Assembly: GCA_044892505.1 (NCBI GenBank)
Contig: CM097882.1
Location: 323,268,001-323,332,000, forward strand
Source: Schmidtea nova
Taxonomy: Eukaryota
Direction: 5' to 3'
DNA: 64,000 bases
The notes below the pieces were generated by a model that was not told the origin of the DNA, did not search any database, and was given only the letters and a program-made list of their open reading frames with translations. This document shows, in pieces, positions 52,509-62,616 of the stretch (position 1 is its first letter; each line of letters begins with the position of its first letter). The position numbers and the translations under genes were made by a program.

Positions 52509-53393
52509 GGTAAATTTCCAATTGTAATTAAATAAATTTAATCGAATTATTGATTTAAAAAATTAACGGAAACCAATAATGATTAATTTCAAAATGTAAA
52601 CAACCCAGACATTCTATACGGTCTAACGATATATGTTTTCCATTATCATCAATATATAGAACAGAATTTTCACATATATAATTATAACGGTGATTGTTTT
52701 TCACTATATATTTTGATTCTACAGCATTGATAGTAAAAACCATGGTCGCCGGATCATATTATTTGAAGTTTATGTCGTTAGATAATGCAAATGTAGTATT
52801 TTCATTTACCCCACTTAAAAAATATCGGTATTATACCTATCGGCACATATATTTCCGGCCGATACCGATATTGCCGATATGAAGATGTTGGGGTTGTGGA
52901 GGGGTTGTTAAAGGTGTATATGCATGTCAAAGTTCTAGGGATTCTCCATCCACAGCCCCACATAACTTTATCGTCGACACGCGTATGCCCTTGACTATTC
53001 CCTACTAGTCAAGTTGGTACTGCATACGGTGGTGGAAAAATGATGGGCAGGTGAGCTTTGTTGCCAAAACTACTCCCCATTTATCTTCCCTCGGGTCCTT
53101 GCTGCCGATAGAAGGTCTTACGCATTTACATTCTATGGATGTTCGTTTCCCACTGAATTTTATACTACATATCCTTATGATCTATCACACGCTTTTCCCA
53201 ATTGCACTCTCCTTCGCTGTTCTACGAGCCTACGAAACTCCCGCTGCTAAGTCACGGTCGGTGGAGGTTTTATGACGCGATTTTTATTTCTACGATTTAC
53301 CGGTGTTGTCTTATTTTATTTATTAAAAGCACACGATGAGAGACAAAATTAAAAAAAAAAAACACTTTTATTAAAACAAAAAAAAACAGGTTG

Positions 53394-53999
53394 TTATTTG
53401 ACATTGACGTTTTCGTACGCAAACTCCAGGCTAATCTCCTGAATCAACTCTTCTTCGGTCAAGGTGTTTAAGTGGTGGATTTGCTCGTCCAGTCGCTTCG
53501 CAAATTCTCGGCGACGACGACGCTGTCGCGATCCCATTCGGTGTTTTCGAAGCTCTTGGTTTAGGACAGGTGCTGACGCCATTGTTCTCGATGGATCACT
53601 GTGAAAAGTAGGCAAATCGTCCGTTACAAGAGTCGGGGCCATGATGATCCCATCTTCCGTTCCGCATGCGACATCTTGATAAGTATTTTGCGTCCAGCGC
53701 TGAGCGGTAATCGGCCGGATTAACGCGCGTAATTCGGAGTCGATATAACTTCTTGTTACTGCATTTAGGCAATTACGCAGTTCTCTCTGGACGGCGTCGA
53801 GTTCTAATTTAGTTGCGGCCAGTGCTTCCTGCATTCGCTCGAGTTTTTGCGATTGACCCTTCATTTGCTCGGGTGAGAACCACTTCGCTCTCAGTTCATC
53901 ATTGGCTACCGTGAGTCGCTTGATCTGCCGCTGCTGGTCCCTCAACTTCCTATCTTGGATTTGTCCCATGACTCTCCTAGAGTTTTCTGAAGTCGGCAT
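53394..53999 (-). CDS. Novel 201-aa coiled-coil protein with Arg-rich motif (family ORF2)
   Basis: Intact ATG ORF with heptad-like N-half and RKHRMGSRQRRRRREFAKR. Homologous remnants occur in copies A, B, C, H and probably K. Confidence 0.8.
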   Translation of the reverse strand: MPTSENSRRVMGQIQDRKLRDQQRQIKRLTVANDELRAKWFSPEQMKGQSQKLERMQEALAATKLELDAVQRELRNCLNAVTRSYIDSELRALIRPITAQRWTQNTYQDVACGTEDGIIMAPTLVTDDLPTFHSDPSRTMASAPVLNQELRKHRMGSRQRRRRREFAKRLDEQIHHLNTLTEEELIQEISLEFAYENVNVK

Positions 54000-54336
54000 G
54001 ATGTCTGAATGTTATAACGATAAATTCGCTGGAGGACCTATCAACAATGTTATTTTATTTAGACGACTATTTACGATTGAGGAGCAAAATGCGTACTACT
54101 GTGTTCAAGTATTAAATCTTTACACAAAAAAAAATATTTTGCTATTTAATGATTGGAGACTCAAAATATTTATTTAACTATTTTACACTAGTGAAAGAAT
54201 TTCCTACTGACTGTAACATCTACAACACTGGATATTAATAAGTTTCTCATCTATATTGCAACACTATTAATAAAATGGAACACTCAGATTGCTCTAAAAC
54301 ATTTATTTAATTTAAAATAGGTGGCCACCGATTTAA

Positions 54337-54813
54337 CTATCCATCTTCGGTCATTTTCCCTCGGTACGAAAATATCGATCTGATTTGTAGATGAGAGCTG
54401 ATTCCAGTGGAGTTGGGTGAGGCTTGCTGGAGACGGGTCCTCTCGGCTTCCCGAAGGGGTCGTATTGCCGTATGGAAAGTGAACCCTAACTCCTTGAATG
54501 TGGAGGCTGGAATGAACCCCCAATAAATCACACAGCTCGGGAATCCCCGTTTATCTAACATCAGGACGAACCAGGCGGCGTGCCATGATTCGAATTCCTC
54601 GTCTGGGATGATTGGCCAGCTAGCGCAGCCTCGGTACCACACGTGATGCCGTGGGTGGTCCCATACTGTAAAGGGACATGCTGTTTCAAGCTCTCGGCGC
54701 CATGCCCACATTTTTTGATGTATTTGTTGCAAAATCTCAAATGGAGCCGGCTTTAATGGGCTGATTCGGGCTCGTTCTCGTCGTTTTTTGATGGTGAATC
54801 TGTGTTTGGTCAT
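54337..54813 (-). CDS. Novel 158-aa Trp-rich protein with basic N-terminus (family ORF1)
   Basis: Intact ATG ORF 5 nt after a tttAG acceptor. Homologous remnants occur in copies B and H, and possibly A. Confidence 0.72.
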   Translation of the reverse strand: MTKHRFTIKKRRERARISPLKPAPFEILQQIHQKMWAWRRELETACPFTVWDHPRHHVWYRGCASWPIIPDEEFESWHAAWFVLMLDKRGFPSCVIYWGFIPASTFKELGFTFHTAIRPLREAERTRLQQASPNSTGISSHLQIRSIFSYRGKMTEDG

Positions 54814-55760
54814 GGTACTAAAACGATGATGAATTTTATAATAGTTAACAATTTAAATCAATGATTAATTATATTAGATGTTATCTCTCATCGTGATGCC
54901 TTTATTATTTGCCTTCCCCTTAGACCTTAACTGAAATCAAGAAAAACTGTTGCTCGTTACGGTATACATTACTCTCGCGTCTGCTTAGATTTATCTATTT
55001 ATGATCAATAATATAGTCGAAAATTGGTGATTTGTCTGCGTGGACATCGAAACATTGGTATCTCAAAACGGAAACTCTCTCACATCATGTATCTCCTAGC
55101 TTACTCGGAAAACGCCCCTTTCGTATCAAATGCGGTCGACATAATTTTCCAAGGTTTATTAGGTGTTTATTTAGCAACTGTGCTGTGGTGAGGGTGAAAA
55201 ATTGTGCCTCCTCACAGTCAAAAATTCTTTCCTATCCTACATCGTTAGACTTTATCCGAAAATCGTCTCCTCTGTAGCTAAAATGATTCGAAAAATAATT
55301 CCCCGGATTTGTTGGGTGTCCCATGTGCAAATTCTGTCAACTACACAAAAAAGTCATATTTTGTTATTCATTACTTTACCGTGTGTGGAGCCCTCGAGCA
55401 CCACGCCACGGACGGACACCTTGGTAACCTAAAGCTCCCAGTCGGCGCAAAATTAATATGATCATTATATAGTTTAAATGCAAACATGATAATTCACAAT
55501 CAATAAATTATAATGTGATAACATATGATTACAACAATATCAATAATAAGCATAAATATAACAAAAATACCTAAATTGAATCCCAAAAATTTGTTCAGTT
55601 AAAATCGGTAAAACAGTGATCGTCTATTGAAAATCAGTCTTGTTAATCTCAACTTAGTGGTGATCTCAGTCTGAACAATCTAACAATCTAATGTGAATCT
55701 AACAAAGTCGCAATCTGAACAAAGTCTAAGTCTAAATTTTAGTCTGATTTTATGAAAAAT

Positions 55761-55805
55761 CTGATCAGTATTTATACTGATCAGTCGTGTCTAGACCGAC
55801 CAATC
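55761..55805 (-). promoter_or_regulatory. Pol II core promoter of copy G (CCAAT box plus TATA inside an inverted repeat)
   Basis: Minus strand CTGATTGG...CTGATCAGTATAAATACTGATCAG. The equivalent CCAAT/TATA spacing recurs in copies B and C. Confidence 0.6.
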
Positions 55806-56638
55806 AGGTTTGGCCAGTTTCATGGTGGGTTTGATTATTATTTTGTTGATCTAATTAATTTTTATTTTTTAGATTGGATTCTTTCTCGGTGGTCTGGGTT
55901 TCAAAAACAATTATTCAATAACAAGTACTTTTTATTTTGTTTTAATTATTAATATTAATATTTTATTTGTTTTTAGATGTCTCCTGGGCCAGTTAATATT
56001 TAGAAATGTCTTTAATTCGTTTATTTTTATTTATAGTTTGTTCCTAATTTATCTATATTTTAACTATATTACTCTTTTCTTTTAACTTATTATTCCCCTT
56101 TTTACCTTATTTTTTCTCTTTTTTGTTTTAATTATTATACTTTTATTTCACTTTTCCCTCTATTTGGCTGGCCCAACAAAGATATCGGCACGCCGATATA
56201 TCGGTAGACGTCTATAAATATGTTTATTTATTTTTGTTAATTATTAAATGAATCAATTAATAATAACGGTTTAGTGAAAGTTTAGTAACATAACTCTTAT
56301 GAAATATATCTCAGCAAACATCTCATACAGAAATTCATTCCAATGAGTAAAATGATCAACGAAAATCAAGAACAAAGTTAAATCTATTAATTACGTATCT
56401 TGCAAATATATTATAGATTTTAACTTCCGAGAAATAAAATTCTTTTATTGTAGTATAATTGAAATTTATAAACTTAATTTGTAATATATTAAAATCAATT
56501 TCGGAATCTAATTCTTTAATTTAATCAACTTTTCACATTGTGAATTTAAGCAACTTAGAATTTTAGCGATATTGTTGGGCTAAACAAAGAGCCCAAAAAG
56601 TTAATAAAGGAATATTGGGTTATAAATGAGTAGTCGGT

Positions 56639-57246
56639 TGGTATCTGACTCCGGTGTTCTTTTGTTCACAAAATAAATTAGACTCAACACAATTATTTTT
56701 ATTTTTCAATTCAATCACAACAATCTAAATCACAGAAAGTTACAATATTTGTCTGCACTCTTACGTTAGGGTAGAAAACCAAATAGGAGATCTCCCTTTC
56801 TGGTACGTAGAGAAAATTGATCAATCGATATTCAATAACTTTCAATTACCGTTTCTGATTCCTTTTTTTCTTTAATTTCTCCACTCAATTCTTTAAAATT
56901 TCTTCGACCAATCTGGCAATCTCGGCAAATTGCTTTCTGTTTAAATAAAACCTTGTCGCGTGGTCATGTCGCTCCATTAATCAATTAAATTGGGAGTTGC
57001 AGCTAAGTGAGTTTGCGGCTTCTTTCCCCGGGACACCCTTCAATTAGTCCATTTATTTTAATTAATAGATTTATTGACGCCCCGGGTTTCCCACACCGCT
57101 CGGGATTCCCATTAGCTCGGGTTTTCTATAAGGTAATTAATAATATTAATTAATTTGTATTTTTTAATATTTCTTTTTAGGGGCTTCTTTCAATTTTATA
57201 TACTTGTATTTGAATTCGTATCATCATATTGCATCCTCCCATACCA
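56639..57246 (-). mobile_element. 608-bp LTR with TGGTAT...ATACCA termini preceded by a polypurine tract
   Basis: Minus strand TTTAGAGGGGGGAC|TGGTATG...GTCAGATACCA; internal CAGATTGG and TATTTAAA. Confidence 0.65.
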
Positions 57247-57480
57247 GTCCCCCCTCTAAATCTTTATTTTTAAATTTTTATAAAATTTTAATTAATGTTT
57301 GCACTTAAATTATTATTTTTCCTATTTTTATTGATTTGTGCATTTTAAATTTATTTTCTGTTTATTTTAACAACCCCAGCAGGAGTGAAAAATTAAAATT
57401 AAATACTAATCATAGCTGAACAAATCTAAATGGACCTAAAAACTAAACCTTGTTAATAAAACATAAAGGAATAACAATAA

Positions 57481-57575
57481 TGGTGGGTTGTTGACCGTTA
57501 ATATGACCTTGAAGTTGCTATGGCTCCTATCAACAACTAAACACATAAAACATTAGTTTAAACCATCTTGTATCT
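57481..57575 (-). mobile_element. Partial terminal fragment (J) of the E1/E2 subfamily
   Basis: CAAGATGGTTTAAACTAATGTTTT...GTCAACAACCCACCA matches 9045-9135. Confidence 0.85.
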
Positions 57576-58228
57576 TTCAACCTTGGGACATTAATAATTC
57601 TTTTATTTCCATTTTATATATTTTGGTATGTATTTATTTTATGTGAAATTAATTATAATATCTATTGAACAACAATTATTTATTATAAACATGGAGAAAA
57701 TATTTTAAACGAACAATTATCTGTACATAATCAATTATTTATTTAGATATAAACTTTAATTGAAATAATTGAGGAGAATATTCAGCTGAATATTTAATAT
57801 AGATTAAATTCGAAAAATTTGAAAATTATAGTAATTATTGTATTGAAAGAATTGCATGAATTGGAGGAAAAACGTAGGAGAGCCTCCACAAAATTTTTAT
57901 AACCTTGGTTATTACTAAAATTAGCGTCAAAATTATTATAGAAGGGACGAGAAAGTAAAATAAAAGACAGAACAGAAAAGTCCACAACATTTATAAAATA
58001 AAGAATGTAGCAAGCAATATAAAACAGACACACAATATATTACACTCACACAAACACAATAAGAGAATAAAAACAGAATATAAAATTCTTCTTAGTGTAT
58101 ATTTGAATTGGAACTTTTTATACGAATATTGTAATCGGCAATTTTTGTTTTTAATAATATATTCTTCAAACTTGACTTATTATTATATATATTTATCACC
58201 AGTGCACGTTGAGATTTAAACATCGAGA

Positions 58229-58229
58229 C

Positions 58230-58299
<70 letters not shown>
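58229..58299. repeat. (CT)n(TA)n compound microsatellite
   Basis: CT run followed by TA run. Confidence 0.97.
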
Positions 58300-58300
58300 T

Positions 58301-59717
58301 CAGTCAAATCTTGTTACTATGTTACTTGCCAGGATCGAGCAAGAGTAGCATAGTAACGAGTGTTTGTAAAAATATATTTATTTTCTCAAGTTACTTATGC
58401 GACCAAAGCTCTCAAGAATTGTCGATTGGCGCATCTTTTGGCGGATCTCGTGTATATCGTTATCTAACTAATCTCACGCTTGAATCGCACCTGGCTTCAC
58501 ACTTTTCTGGTGCATGAACTTCCGTTCGGGGCTCCAAGCGCTCGAACTTCCTAGAATGAAACGACTTCCGCCTCAACAGTTATATTGTCATCCTTGCTTC
58601 CAATCAGCTCTTCACTGCATAGCATCTCCTCCAGTGTAAAATTCCCACCAGTCGCGAGGCGCTCATCAGCTTTGAAAAAGTCAGACAGCTCGATCTCCTC
58701 GTTCTCGTGGATCTTTTCCTTGGCAGACAGAGCTTCCTAGATATCGAGCAGCTCCGCATCCTGTACCTCAATTTGGATCTCCTCTTCAATAAACTTAGCC
58801 TTCGTGAAACAATTTCTAATCGTCGACTTGCTGACCCGCAACCAAGCACGCCGAGCGACATGTAAAACGTCAAGCAACATAAACTTAAACTCATTTCCTT
58901 TATCCATGAACTCAAGTTTGCGACACAGCAGGAACTTCTTGTATTGGCGTTTGAGGTTTTGTATGATTCCTTGATTCTTTGGTTGTGACTCAGCTGTCGT
59001 GTTGGGTGGGAAGAAGACTAGTTGAATGTTGTTCAGCTCGAGCTCGGGAGGGTAACCAGTAAAGTTATCAAGACAAACCAACACTATGTCCCTGCTGGCT
59101 AAGTCTTCCGTCCCACGCACGCAATATTTCCTTGAAAAGCTTCGTCGTCATCCATGCCTTAGAGTTCGCCTTGTATTCGACTGGGATCTCCTTGTTCTTG
59201 AAGGCATGGGGTCTTTTGGAAGCGCCAATTACCAGAAAAAGAAACTTTTCACTGCCATTCATATTAGCACCAACTAAACGAGTGATCCTTTACTTATTTT
59301 TCTTTAATCCTGTACACTGGTTTCCTCTGAAAGCCATGGTCTTGTTCGGAATTAGTTGCCAGAAGAGTCCTGTCTCATCCAGGTTGAAGACGTCGTCTGC
59401 AGGGAAATGTGTGAGTAATGACCGGAGAATTTGCTGTTGCCACTCAAAAAGAGATTGTAAATCTACTGCTCCAGCTTCGCCATTCATCGTCTTGAACGTG
59501 ATGCCGTGGCGTTTTTTTAAATTGTCTAACAAACCGTCGCTCGCCATGAAGTTTGTAATATGCATCAGCTCGATCAGTTTCATCGTCTTCTCCTTTATCA
59601 AATCACCGCTGACAAGCAAATTCTGTTCTTTTGCTTGCTTCAGCCATATGAGCACTCCCTCATCAAGCTTCGGGTTGTGGCATAGTATCGAGGTGGCATA
59701 GTAACAAGATTTGACTG
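58301..59717 (-). mobile_element. Tigger/pogo transposon with frameshifted CENP-B HTH + DDE_1 transposase
   Basis: Perfect 21-bp TIRs CAGTCAAATCTTGTTACTATG; LDEGVLIW, ASDG..KKRHGI, DVFNLDETGLFW, LFLVIGASKRP, SKAWMT, VLVCLDNFTGY, FFPPNTT..QPKNQGII. Confidence 0.93.
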
Positions 59718-59721
59718 GATG

Positions 59722-60132
59722 TATATATATAATTACTATAATAACATCCATATAAATTTTATTTTCTGTATTAGTTACATTTATTTATAATTTTTCTCAA
59801 TTTTAATTTATTTATGAGAGATTAATTATGATAGATAATTTTTTTAATAAATTTAGAGTGAATAAGACATTTTTTCCGACATTACAGTTCCAAACAAAAA
59901 CTTCTAAAACAAAAACTAATACTTTTATCGCTTAAACGTTGGTTTTTGTCATTTTTTCAATTAGCAATAGAATTTTAAGAGCCTTAATACCTATTACAAT
60001 AGCTGGAGATGAATACATAGTTAACAATCTTAACATGAACATTATAATTATTATAGTAGGCTGTTTTGAATTCGCGTGCTGGGGTGCCAGATATGTGAAC
60101 CGCACAGGGCGCAATAATGCCTTGTTACGGCC

Positions 60133-60173
<41 letters not shown>

Positions 60174-60380
60174 CTATAATAACATCCATATAATTTTCAT
60201 TTTCTGTATTAGTTATATTTATTTATAATTTTTCTCAATTTTAATTTATTTATGAGAGATTAATTATGATAGATAATTTTTTTAAATAAATTTAGAATGA
60301 ATAAGACATTTTTTTCCAACATTACAGTTCCAAGTAAAAACTTATAAAACAAAAGCTAATACTTTTATCGCTTAAACGTT
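59722..60380 (+). repeat. Two ~220-bp direct repeats (59722-59940 and 60160-60380), each starting at a TA tract
   Basis: (TA)nATTACTATAATAACATCCATA...TTTTATCGCTTAAACGTT is present twice, separated by a CAGGGCCG-type hAT-like end (minus strand). Confidence 0.9.
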
Positions 60381-60766
60381 GTGATATCCACTGTCTAAAT
60401 TTTTCGGCCTGGTTCTTAAAACAAGTAATAAGAGGGAAAATTGTAAAACAGATTTATAAATAATGATTTTCGCAAGCATATCATTATATAAAGGATAGAA
60501 AAATTAAATCGATAAGTGAGATTGCTATGTAATAAAAGTATTTAACCCAAAAGTATGCTGAACCTTTGTCTGCTCGATTTAAATGTCTCTTAGAATTACC
60601 CTTTGAGAACAAACTTTTTCTTTTAAAGCGCAAAGATTTTATTACGGTAAAAATTTTTGTGGTGTTTTTTCCCAATTTTTCCCTGTCTTTATATACTAGA
60701 ATTTATTGCTGAAAATAAACAAATTTTTAAGTCATTACATACATATTTTTAAAGTGGCTTTTCAAT

Positions 60767-61014
60767 NNNNNNNNNNNNNNNNNNNNNNNNNNNNNNNNNN
60801 NNNNNNNNNNNNNNNNNNNNNNNNNNNNNNNNNNNNNNNNNNNNNNNNNNNNNNNNNNNNNNNNNNNNNNNNNNNNNNNNNNNNNNNNNNNNNNNNNNNN
60901 NNNNNNNNNNNNNNNNNNNNNNNNNNNNNNNNNNNNNNNNNNNNNNNNNNNNNNNNNNNNNNNNNNNNNNNNNNNNNNNNNNNNNNNNNNNNNNNNNNNN
61001 NNNNNNNNNNNNNN
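60767..61014. other. Assembly gap
   Basis: N run. Confidence 1.
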
Positions 61015-61462
61015 TGGTCTATTGTTGGCGATGTATTATGTTAATTAAATAGAGTTATTTATGATGTGCTGTATATGTAAGGAAATTGTTTAAGTGCCCG
61101 AAAGAGTCTTCCAAAGTTATGTGGAGACAGACGGGGTGTATGTTTGTGTATGCGAGTAGTAATACAATTTCTAAGTAAAGTTAACTAACAAAATTAACTA
61201 ATAAAATATATTCGTACAAAACAAATAAAGTAAGGTTTAGCCATAAAAACCACGATAAATTACTTTATTTTGGTGGAAGTAATAGTTATAGGATCAAATA
61301 ATCTTTGGATAGAATTGTTCTTTGAATAAATTGTTAATCGAATAAGTTGTTCTTTGATTGAATTATTCCTCCTTAATTTCCACTTCAATAAAGCAATACC
61401 TTCTTTAATTCCAAAGATTGGGTATTCTACTCTGGGATTGTTAATTAATTTTCGCTTCTTGT

Positions 61463-61573
61463 AACCAAATTAAATAAAGAAAAAAAATTCGCTCAATTGG
61501 GACAGCCGCCTAATTGGGACAAAATGCATAAGTCCCGAATTGAGCGAATTTTTTTTCTTTATTTAATTTGGTT
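61463..61573. repeat. Foldback with perfect 36-bp arms around a Tigger-like AATTGGGACA core
   Basis: AACCAAATTAAATAAAGAAAAAAAATTCGCTCAATT...AATTGAGCGAATTTTTTTTCTTTATTTAATTTGGTT. Confidence 0.95.
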
Positions 61574-62616
61574 TTGGCAACAAAGTCGATAAACCAGTAC
61601 TACAAATATAATGGAACACCATATAATTTTTTTGGTTTTATTTTATAACCCCTTTGCCCAAATTACATTTGGGTAATATAAATTAGTGGTATTTATTCAT
61701 ATAAATTATCTTATAAATAAAAAAAATTATTGCAAATAAACCTTTGAAAAATCACAGTGTAACAGCTGTCAGCTTTGTAAAGAATTACCTTGATTATGTT
61801 GAAAATAAAAATTAACAGCTGTCAGTATAATTTAACCCATTATCATATAAAATAAATCAATGTAGTACATAAAAGCAATAAATAAAATTTACCATATAAA
61901 ATAAATCAATGTAATAAATAAAAACAATAAATAAAATTAATAAAATTAATAAAAATCATAATATCAGATCGATATAATTTAACCCATTACCATATCATAG
62001 TCAATAATGCAATAAAATTAATAATAGTCACAGATGTTCAAACAATAAATATATGATCATGGTTGTTGTCATAGTTAATTGGGTTTTGATTGATTGGAAT
62101 GGTTTATGTGATTGATAGAATGTTGGGCTGATTGTGTTGATGACAAAAATGAAAATAAATGTTAACAATTGTATAAAATTACTAATCAATATAAGATTAT
62201 CGTTGAATTGGTTGGGCTGACGATTGATTGATTTACATAATGGGGTGGGATTTACTGATTTGATTGAATTGATAATTATTCTTTCTCTGGGTATATATTT
62301 ATCCTATACTTATTGGACCTTTTTCTGTAATATTTTGAGAGAATGAATGTGTCGACGTGTACACCCTCATCATCTAACAAAAGTTTTTTTATAAATTTTT
62401 GTTATTTTGTCTTTGTGTTTCCTAAAATTTATCTTAAATACAATTTTTGTCGTTTTATTTAACAGTTTTACCACCGAAGTGAAACAAAAATTTAAATATC
62501 TTAGTTTTATTCCAGCTAATTAGTCTATTGATCAACATGGTGTGAAAGAATGGAAATTAATGAAATTGTAAATAATAAAGGATGAATTTAAAAATGTTAC
62601 TTTTTTAAAATAAAAA

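Larger units (their letters stand above)
52886..56178 (-). mobile_element. Complete copy G of the coding-LTR family (3293 bp) with two intact ORFs
   Basis: AAGA|TGTTGGG...CCCAACA|AAGA (7-bp IR, 4-bp TSD); CCAAT ~55800, TATA ~55775, donor 55570, acceptors 54818 and 54005; AATAAA cluster ~53280-53375; structured module 52960-53150. Confidence 0.92.
50091..56214 (-). mobile_element. hAT (Ac/ZBED1-like) transposon, internally deleted, hosting copy G
   Basis: TIRs TAGAGGTCTACCGATAT / ATATCGGTAGACGTCTA, exact 8-bp TSD TAAATATG, and CCGATA subterminal arrays. Confidence 0.93.

Noticed and set aside
28184-56178. DIRS/Ngaro, Ginger or Polinton identity for the TG...CA family
   Set aside because: No tyrosine recombinase, integrase or polB, no long TIRs, split repeats or ICR, and the TSD is 4 bp with only 4-7-bp terminal IRs.
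56639-56650. TGGTATCTGA as a tRNA-Met PBS
   Set aside because: Better explained as the inverted terminus of the 608-bp LTR, whose other end follows a PPT.
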